Assembly: GCA_038231055.1 (NCBI GenBank)
Contig: JBBRMC010000001.1
Span: 1,983-65,982 of the forward strand
DNA from: Leptolyngbyales cyanobacterium
GTDB taxonomy: Bacteria; Cyanobacteriota; Cyanobacteriia; Leptolyngbyales; Leptolyngbyaceae
Reading direction: 5' to 3'
Length of the DNA stretch: 64,000 nt
Of the stretch, positions 57,444 through 64,000 are shown in pieces; within the stretch, counting starts at the first letter, position 1; each line of letters begins with the position of its first letter. Below the pieces are notes generated by a model, which had not been told where the DNA came from, ran no database searches, and was given only the letters and a program-made list of their open reading frames with translations. A program made the position numbers and the translations under genes.

Positions 57444-57985
57444 TGCTGCTGGAGAGTTGAACTTACAAATTGGTAGCGTTGTCCGTCGTAACACCACTGC
57501 ACGACTTCGGTTTGCCTGGTTTTAACTTTGCGCTGATTGAAGTTCAAGCAGGGAAGCCCATTCTGAACCGTTGATGTCGGCTCAATCAGAAGTTTTCCTT
57601 GAGGTGGAGCGGGATCAAGGTAAATAGATAGGACTTCTTGGTAGCTACTTCCGGTTTGGAGGTAGCCCACGATCGAGCATCCTGCCGCTCCGCACGTTGG
57701 GTTCAATTGCCTTCGATTCGGCTCTAGAGAAACACGAGTGTCAATCAAGTAGAGAGATTTATTATTCTGTTCGATCGTCAAAACTCGCATCCTTCCCACG
57801 TCTATGGAAATAGCATTGTTAGTGTATTTTTGCTGTAACTGTTTCTGCAAGCTAGGCAGTTTTGCTTGTGATAAATAAGTCCACTGGCTTCTACTTTCAG
57901 CCGTCGCAGGATTACAAGCACAAATCAAAAACAATGCTGTGAATGCCAAAATATGGATACGAAGATATCGAAACTTCTGATACAT
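57440..57985 (-). CDS. Secreted or lipoprotein hypothetical protein
   Basis: Signal peptide with lipobox-like ICAC; CGAAGC motif. Confidence 0.65.
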   Translation of the reverse strand: MYQKFRYLRIHILAFTALFLICACNPATAESRSQWTYLSQAKLPSLQKQLQQKYTNNAISIDVGRMRVLTIEQNNKSLYLIDTRVSLEPNRRQLNPTCGAAGCSIVGYLQTGSSYQEVLSIYLDPAPPQGKLLIEPTSTVQNGLPCLNFNQRKVKTRQTEVVQWCYDGQRYQFVSSTLQQQ

Positions 57986-57999
57986 AAGGTTTAACTAAA

Positions 58000-58590
58000 T
58001 TAAGGATTAGAGTTGAGAATTTTGTAAGTTTGCGGAAGCTGAATGCTCAATTTCGTCAAAGCCCAGACTTGCTCTGCTGAGAGATAACGGGGCACACCCG
58101 AATCAGAGAATTGGCTGCTAAATACGCTCTGAAATTTCTCTTTCCCACCTGCTTTTTCAATCCAATGCTGATAACGCTGAAGCTCAAGCTGTTTAGCAAT
58201 TTCTAAGGGCATATAAGCACTCAACGGCTTTAGCCCAGAACCGAGATGTTGAAGCAATAAACATCCTGCCTGATCTTGCTGAATCAGCACATCCCATCGT
58301 TCTTTTGGATCTTCATCGGCATACTCGTAAATCGAGAGAAGATGATACGTGGTGTCGCGATCGTGAACGGTTCCCAACAATTCATACTTTGCTCCTTCGT
58401 TCGGAACACAAGTCAACACTTGAGATGGAACTTTTGTGCCAACAGGTTGTGGTTTGGCTCCCATCTCGATCGCTTGTGCATCCGAGAAATTAATCGTGTT
58501 ATGGAACGAGATCGCCAAAGGCTTTGTAAGAACAACCAGAAGTGCGATCGCTAAAAACATTCCGAGCAGTAGCCAGCGACGATTGTTCAT
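58000..58590 (-). CDS. Exported hypothetical protein
   Basis: N-terminal signal/TM segment; coupled to the M23 gene stop. Confidence 0.65.
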   Translation of the reverse strand: MNNRRWLLLGMFLAIALLVVLTKPLAISFHNTINFSDAQAIEMGAKPQPVGTKVPSQVLTCVPNEGAKYELLGTVHDRDTTYHLLSIYEYADEDPKERWDVLIQQDQAGCLLLQHLGSGLKPLSAYMPLEIAKQLELQRYQHWIEKAGGKEKFQSVFSSQFSDSGVPRYLSAEQVWALTKLSIQLPQTYKILNSNP

Positions 58591-60851
58591 CAGCGGTTCC
58601 CTCGCTGTAAATATGGCATCGGATCAACCGGGGTTCCATTGCGCCGAACCTCAAAATGCAGATGGGCACCTGTTGAGTCACCTTCCGCGCCGACTCCTCC
58701 AATGACTTGTCCTTGAGAGACTTTCTGACCTGCCTTGACGTGAATGCGGCTGGGATGTCCGTAGTAGGTTTTCAGTCCATTGGCATGATTGATGATAATC
58801 AGTGTTCCATAGCCATCGGGATCAGTCCGATCGGCGAACTCGACAGTTCCCCCATCTGCGGCTTTGATTGGCGTTCCCATTGGCACAGAGAAATCAAGAC
58901 CTGCATGAGAATGATCGCCTCTATCTGCTCCAAAGTAGCCTCCTTGTGGAATGGGTGCGTTGGCTCCTTCTGGGTAAACCATCTTGCCTGTGACCCTACC
59001 CTCTCCCCCACAAGGGGCTTTGCCGATTTTCTTGGAAGCAGTTTGATAATTTTGAGCGAGTTCTTTGCCGTAGTTGTAGAGGCTGAGGCGACCATGAATA
59101 TCTGAACTGCTGCCGTCGATCGTGGAATTTGCTCCGCCAAAGTGAATCTGACCCAACCGCTCAATCAGTCGAGTTCCTGCAAACGGTTGTCCTGTCGTCG
59201 GATCAGTTTGTTGCATCGCAACCCGAATGTTATTCGTTTGGTCTTGTTTGAACAGCGCATCTTGATCCGCTTGAGTGAAATAAGTGGGTAATTCTCGTTC
59301 TAACGCGGCTCGATATGCGGATGAATTATCATTCATGTCGGCTCGACGGAGAAAATCGCTACCGCCTGGATGCTTAGAAATCAGCGATCGAGTGTCACTC
59401 CGAAAAGTCATGTACTGATAGCGTCCCAATCCTCTTCCGCCTGCTTCTGGGTCGTAATAACCTGCGGAACTGTAACCGCCTTCAATGCCGCTAATGCCGC
59501 CTGCCAAAGCTGCTAAATCGACCCCTCCAAGACCGGTTCCGCATAGCGAACTGTCTGAGAAATCAGCCTCTTCAGCCGAAAATGGGACTCCTGCGGCTTT
59601 CGCTTTTTCCAAGATTTCCTGTGGAATCGAAGCCCCAGTTGTGGCACCTCCTTTACTATCGAGTAAGCCGACTAAGATGGGATTGCTTTCGTGATAGCTC
59701 ATGAATGGGATAGGTCCGATGAAGTAGGGTGTGCAGGTTTTGCCGACTCCGAGAACACGGTGACAGATCCGAAAGAAAAGTGCCGTATCAACTCGCCCTT
59801 CTGATTCCACTACATCCCAAATCACGACTTTGAAAGCCTCTCCATAGGGATGCCTCCCCGTTGGCTCTTGTCCACCATTCACGGCTGCTAATGGTCCATG
59901 TCCTCCTTTCACTTTTTGGGATTTGCCAGAAATCCATTGTTTCCCGTGAAGTTCCTGCGCTCCAGTGAGTTCGGCATATGCACAGTTTTGCTGACATGGG
60001 ACTTGAAATCCTTGGACATCGCTGCCACTGATTGTGTTTGTGCGATCGCTCTCTTTCTCTCCATAAGCAATATCAACAACTCCGATCGCCCCTGCCGCCA
60101 CCACAGAAGCCGGAAACTTGCTGAACGGAGTATCTTTCAAACCAGGAACATCGGCAATTAGACTATTCTGCCAATGCTGTAGATTTTCTAGAGGGACATC
60201 CTTTAGCCCAGGAATATCAGTAATGCTAAATTGGTTCAGATTAATCGAGCCGAGCTTCAAATCCTTTAAATTTGGTCTTAATTGTAAGACTTCATTCACT
60301 GTTTTGCTCGATAGTTCTTGGGATTGCTCAAGTAGGGCTTTAATGGGCGGGACTTGCTCAATTGAGAAATCACCGAGTCCCGGAATTGCCTGAACGAGGT
60401 TGCTGAGTGTCTGCTCTCGAACTACATTAAAACTGTCCAGTGCAACTTTCGACAAATCATAGTGAGCTTGAGAAATGGATGAAACTGTTTGCAGCGTTAG
60501 ACTTTGCAGATAAAAACTGTCTTGAAAATCTCCGAGCTTGAGATACTGATCCGGTGTCATGCCCGTTTGAATGCTGCGCGAAAGGTCATCGCCCAGAGAC
60601 ACTCCATTTGAAGGCACAAACTCTTTACTCTGACCGATGGGTGGGAGAGATGCAAACGTGACCTGATTCCAGTCGGGTACAGAGGTCGTTAAATTGCCCT
60701 GAGTATAGGCTTGTGTCCGAACAAAACTACTGGGCTGCATTTGTGCGTTCACTCGGTTTAAGCTTGAGATCGTCATCACCCCCAGTCCGAAAATAAAACA
60801 AATTCCGACGAGAAATAAACCCAAAATTCTAAGGGCAGTTTTATGGCGCAT
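58590..60851 (-). CDS. Conjugative cell-wall hydrolase: M23 peptidase with possible lysozyme-like middle domain
   Basis: HAGLDF, YGH and HLHFE (M23); IEGGY..GLGRYQYM lysozyme-like motif; signal peptide. Confidence 0.85.
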   Translation of the reverse strand: MRHKTALRILGLFLVGICFIFGLGVMTISSLNRVNAQMQPSSFVRTQAYTQGNLTTSVPDWNQVTFASLPPIGQSKEFVPSNGVSLGDDLSRSIQTGMTPDQYLKLGDFQDSFYLQSLTLQTVSSISQAHYDLSKVALDSFNVVREQTLSNLVQAIPGLGDFSIEQVPPIKALLEQSQELSSKTVNEVLQLRPNLKDLKLGSINLNQFSITDIPGLKDVPLENLQHWQNSLIADVPGLKDTPFSKFPASVVAAGAIGVVDIAYGEKESDRTNTISGSDVQGFQVPCQQNCAYAELTGAQELHGKQWISGKSQKVKGGHGPLAAVNGGQEPTGRHPYGEAFKVVIWDVVESEGRVDTALFFRICHRVLGVGKTCTPYFIGPIPFMSYHESNPILVGLLDSKGGATTGASIPQEILEKAKAAGVPFSAEEADFSDSSLCGTGLGGVDLAALAGGISGIEGGYSSAGYYDPEAGGRGLGRYQYMTFRSDTRSLISKHPGGSDFLRRADMNDNSSAYRAALERELPTYFTQADQDALFKQDQTNNIRVAMQQTDPTTGQPFAGTRLIERLGQIHFGGANSTIDGSSSDIHGRLSLYNYGKELAQNYQTASKKIGKAPCGGEGRVTGKMVYPEGANAPIPQGGYFGADRGDHSHAGLDFSVPMGTPIKAADGGTVEFADRTDPDGYGTLIIINHANGLKTYYGHPSRIHVKAGQKVSQGQVIGGVGAEGDSTGAHLHFEVRRNGTPVDPMPYLQRGNR

Positions 60852-60880
60852 GAGTTGTTCAAAAGTTAACTCAGCGAAGG

Positions 60881-61558
60881 TTAGCGAGTTCCGAGTTCTG
60901 CGAGTTTATTCACCAGCTTTAACGACACTCCACTCCGTTGAGCGGCTGCCGAAACCTCCGTTCCGTTGCGTGATAGTGTTAGGAACTGATTTACTTTCGC
61001 GATAATTCGAGCGTTAGAGTTGACTAATCCTTTTGCGATCGCAACCTGCAATCCTCGCTCTACACGACTCAATCTGATAGAACCGCTACCATTTCCGCGA
61101 ACTTCTAATGTGCTGTACTGCGGAGTACCAGAGCCGTAAGCGACCCGAAACTGATAAATTTGTCGCCCTGCTGAACCTTCAGTAATTACCGTAAGTAGGG
61201 TAGAAGATGCTTGCGGTAGTCCAGCCCAATTCAAAGGACGAATTCGCCGCAAATGGATTACGGATGTCGAAGTCTTGCCGCATGATCGACCGTCTCTGCC
61301 TTGGCATAAGGGCGCATCAAAGTCCAAGGTAACTCGGCTAGGATCGTCAAGCCACACCCGTTGGATCGTTTCTCCGGTTGGAATAAAGCTCAGATTTATC
61401 CCCGAACCTATCCAAACAAGAATCGTGGGTAACTGGCTTGATCGTCCTCGTGCTTGCTCAACGGTGATTGTTTTTAGAGGAGATGCTGCTTGTGTCGCAG
61501 TCGGGACAATTAAGCTGAATGTAAGCAAACTAACGCTCAGAAGATGTTTCAGTCTCAT
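60881..61558 (-). CDS. VirB9-like T4SS component
   Basis: Signal peptide, GETIQRVWLDDPS motif, adjacent to virB10. Confidence 0.5.
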   Translation of the reverse strand: MRLKHLLSVSLLTFSLIVPTATQAASPLKTITVEQARGRSSQLPTILVWIGSGINLSFIPTGETIQRVWLDDPSRVTLDFDAPLCQGRDGRSCGKTSTSVIHLRRIRPLNWAGLPQASSTLLTVITEGSAGRQIYQFRVAYGSGTPQYSTLEVRGNGSGSIRLSRVERGLQVAIAKGLVNSNARIIAKVNQFLTLSRNGTEVSAAAQRSGVSLKLVNKLAELGTR

Positions 61559-63230
61559 AAGACTTTGACCTTTCAGGAGTGAACATTGATGCTGGAGACG
61601 GTGTTCGATCGGAAGCTGGTATGGCTGGAGAAGTGGTTTCGGGAGTAGTTTGGCTTCTCACAGACCGAATTTCAGTGTCTTGTCCAATCTCAGGTAAATT
61701 GTTTTCATCAGGACGCTCAATATCTCGAATAACATCAGACGACTGAACTGAAGCGGTAGTCAAAGTTACAGGAATAGACATGGACTGATTAATGTATATA
61801 TCAACAGAACTTCCAGCAGGTAGAAACCGGATATTAGGCTGTTGAGAAGCTTCTTGAATTGCGCGTTGATTCCTTCGCGTTATTGAACTGAGCAATGCCT
61901 CTGAACCGCCTTGAATAATTCCAGCAAGCACATTGGATTTTGAATTTTGAACGCTAGAAAGAATGCTTGAATTGTTGCTGATAATGCTTGAAGAACTTGG
62001 GCGAGTGAATTGTTCTGAAGCTTTATTCAATGCTCCTAACAGAGCCATTTTTCTATCCATCGCTGCGACTGCTTTATCGCCATACTGCTTTGCAATGAGC
62101 GGCTGTCCTTCATGTCCTGTGATCTGAATGGCTTCAGGCGGAAGTTTAATTTCAAGAGATTGTCCGTCCTGATTGACGATCGCTGACTCAACGTTCAATT
62201 TCACCAAACCACTGTCAGACATCGAATCCACTTCGGCAATGAGTTGAGTGCCTTTTGGTAAAGCGATCGAGTTGTCTTGAGCCTTGAGCGGTGAAGTAAT
62301 TTGAATCGTAAATCGACCTTGCTGCGCTTTTTCACCAGATTTTGTTTTCTCATCCAGAATGATTGGCGTAGCAAGAATCCCCTCAGTTTTTGTAGATGCC
62401 AGAATGGTTTTCTGAGGCTGTTCTTGCAAGATTGCAGCTTCTTCTTGAGCATCAATTCCTGATGGTTCAAGATTTGATGTTGTTGTGATCGTGGTTGGCT
62501 CAACAGAAATTCCAGGCTCCGCAGCCGAATCCAAAGGAGCAGAAGCCGTTTCCTTCTCAGCTACTATCTGTCCATAACTGCCCATTTGCGTCAGAGCAAT
62601 GTAGCGATCGTAGGTATTTTGTTCTGGCTCACGGAATGCAGAAGCCGTCGGCGCAATGGGAACAGGTGCAGATATCCGAAGTGGAGACTGAATGCGCTGT
62701 AAAACGGGAGTCGGGGGCGTGTAACTGACGGGCTGAGGAGAGGCAACAGGTTCTACAGGAGCGACCTTGCGAGTTTCTGGCTTTGCGGGTGTTTTGACAC
62801 CTGGAAGACCCTTCGGTGTCTCCTGATTTAAGGGTGGCTGCTGTTTAAGCCGATCTTGTTGTTCTTTCAGCGCATAATTTGCTTGCGTTTGTCCTAACGC
62901 TTCTCGCTGTGCCACGATCGTTTTAGCGTCCGAGGTTTCATTGGTGGCGTTTGGAGAAGGTGGAACGTTAGGCGAGGTAGCAGCCTGTGGGGTCGGACGA
63001 TTCGCATTCATCATCGTCCCTGCCAGTGCAAAAATCGGTAGCGTCAGTCCGCTTACTAGAGCGATTTTAATCACAGGATGTCCTGAAAGTGGGCGGGGGT
63101 GTCTTGCTTTTTCTGGCGTAAATTCGTTTTCTGTAACCAACGATTGAGACGGTTGCGGAACTCTCGCCCATCGTTTCAAATCCTCAGAGGATAGCTTCTG
63201 GGATTGCGGATCACTTCCATTTGAACTCAT
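61530..63230 (-). CDS. virB10: TrbI/VirB10-like protein
   Basis: TM anchor, Pro-rich linker, IALPKGTQLIAEV and LPAGSSVDIYINQ motifs. Confidence 0.75.
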   Translation of the reverse strand: MSSNGSDPQSQKLSSEDLKRWARVPQPSQSLVTENEFTPEKARHPRPLSGHPVIKIALVSGLTLPIFALAGTMMNANRPTPQAATSPNVPPSPNATNETSDAKTIVAQREALGQTQANYALKEQQDRLKQQPPLNQETPKGLPGVKTPAKPETRKVAPVEPVASPQPVSYTPPTPVLQRIQSPLRISAPVPIAPTASAFREPEQNTYDRYIALTQMGSYGQIVAEKETASAPLDSAAEPGISVEPTTITTTSNLEPSGIDAQEEAAILQEQPQKTILASTKTEGILATPIILDEKTKSGEKAQQGRFTIQITSPLKAQDNSIALPKGTQLIAEVDSMSDSGLVKLNVESAIVNQDGQSLEIKLPPEAIQITGHEGQPLIAKQYGDKAVAAMDRKMALLGALNKASEQFTRPSSSSIISNNSSILSSVQNSKSNVLAGIIQGGSEALLSSITRRNQRAIQEASQQPNIRFLPAGSSVDIYINQSMSIPVTLTTASVQSSDVIRDIERPDENNLPEIGQDTEIRSVRSQTTPETTSPAIPASDRTPSPASMFTPERSKSYETETSSER

Positions 63231-64000
63231 GACTTTCGCTCCTGAAAGGGGACAATGTTTTCAATCTCTAATCCACGTTGGCGGAGTTGATAAATGATTT
63301 GCTGATAGTCAGAGGCTTTATCAGGAAGTGGTGTTTGAGGCGGATCAACAGATCTGACAATGTACGAATTGTTCCAAGGAACCGTATTTCCGGCAGGATG
63401 GGCACGATCGAAGAGAATCAAATTCGCGACAACATCGACTTGCCAGCGTCCCGTTTCACCTGCCAGCAACTCTGGCTCAGAAACGTGCTGAATGACCATC
63501 ACCGTTTTGGTCGAGCCAGAGAAAACACCCTCTGCACCCGGAATCTTGGTCAGCTCCTCTAAAAATGCTTCTCGAAAGTTAGATTTTGCATCACTTGCTA
63601 GCAGAAAAGAAGCTTGCCATGCAACCGTTGGGACGCGCCCATTTTTGGTCTGTATTCCTTCATCTGCCAACGATTGACCTTTTTCTTTGGCGTTTTCTGA
63701 AGGCAGTTTTCCAGACCAGGTGTAGGTAAAAGCGACCCATTCGTGAATCAGTTGTCGGATTACTTCAGGTTCCCGATGCTCACGATCGGCAGCCCGAACT
63801 GCAAAGGCTTGCCCATCTACTTGCTGCACTAAAGTCGGAGCGGGTTTGTTCGCGATTTGAGCCACAGAATGACCGACCCAAACTAGCCCGATCGCCAAAA
63901 TCACTTCTCCAAACACCAGCCCAACAAATGCGATCGGTAAAATATCACTTTCATCGACGGGCAATCGCTTCAACCGTCGTCGCAACTCAGAAATCTGCAT
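63227..64000 (-). CDS. VirB8-like T4SS protein; start may lie outside the window
   Basis: Single TM segment, PTLVQ..DG, R.PEVI..WV..TYTWSG; upstream of virB10. Confidence 0.55.
   Translation of the reverse strand: MQISELRRRLKRLPVDESDILPIAFVGLVFGEVILAIGLVWVGHSVAQIANKPAPTLVQQVDGQAFAVRAADREHREPEVIRQLIHEWVAFTYTWSGKLPSENAKEKGQSLADEGIQTKNGRVPTVAWQASFLLASDAKSNFREAFLEELTKIPGAEGVFSGSTKTVMVIQHVSEPELLAGETGRWQVDVVANLILFDRAHPAGNTVPWNNSYIVRSVDPPQTPLPDKASDYQQIIYQLRQRGLEIENIVPFQERKS

Noticed and set aside
1776-63677. Most short antisense or overlapping ORFs in the track (e.g. 3848-4075, 27208-27621, 35452-35811, 58707-59105)
   Set aside because: They are shadows of well-supported genes with no RBS or motif support; only 40064-40495 and 45234-45905 were kept
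1-64000. Frequent GCGATCGC octamers as a novel repeat
   Set aside because: This is the known cyanobacterial HIP1 sequence; used only as a host clue

Overview
A cyanobacterial conjugative plasmid or ICE segment (many HIP1 GCGATCGC octamers; ParM/ParR, MobC plus MOBP relaxase, VirD4, VirB8/9/10-like genes, M23 peptidase) carrying dense defence cargo. (1) 1-21960: a hybrid phosphorothioate (Ssp-like) / BREX type 4-like locus with two DUF4007+ATPase pairs, one PAPS reductase, a PglW-like NERD-kinase-kinase-PglZ fusion, a BrxL without a recognisable Lon domain, a cysteine desulfurase, a divergent PT-associated methyltransferase start, and inserted Rpn-like and DUF3883 nuclease genes. (2) 22089-25154: a Bell-like protein and an NB-ARC-TPR NLR sharing a candidate amyloid motif; the NLR is broken by a 1-bp frameshift and a 99-bp MITE. 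(3) 28512-34344: a PadR-linked DevBCA efflux/detox module. (4) 34440-46216: plasmid backbone with a giant MTase-strawberry notch helicase-PrimPol fusion and two overprinted genes. (5) 46256-49380: decaying toxin-antitoxin cassettes and a complete ISL3 with a nonsense mutation. (6) 49434-52931, the best candidate for a new system: a stand-alone retron RT with an msr/msd-like ncRNA whose putative msd consists of 9-nt tandem repeats, preceded by an HTH-like / amyloid-like motif / His-less CHAT / TPR protein and a divergent small membrane-peptide gene. (7) 53-64 kb: transfer genes. All family calls come from recognising motifs by eye; no database searches were run.
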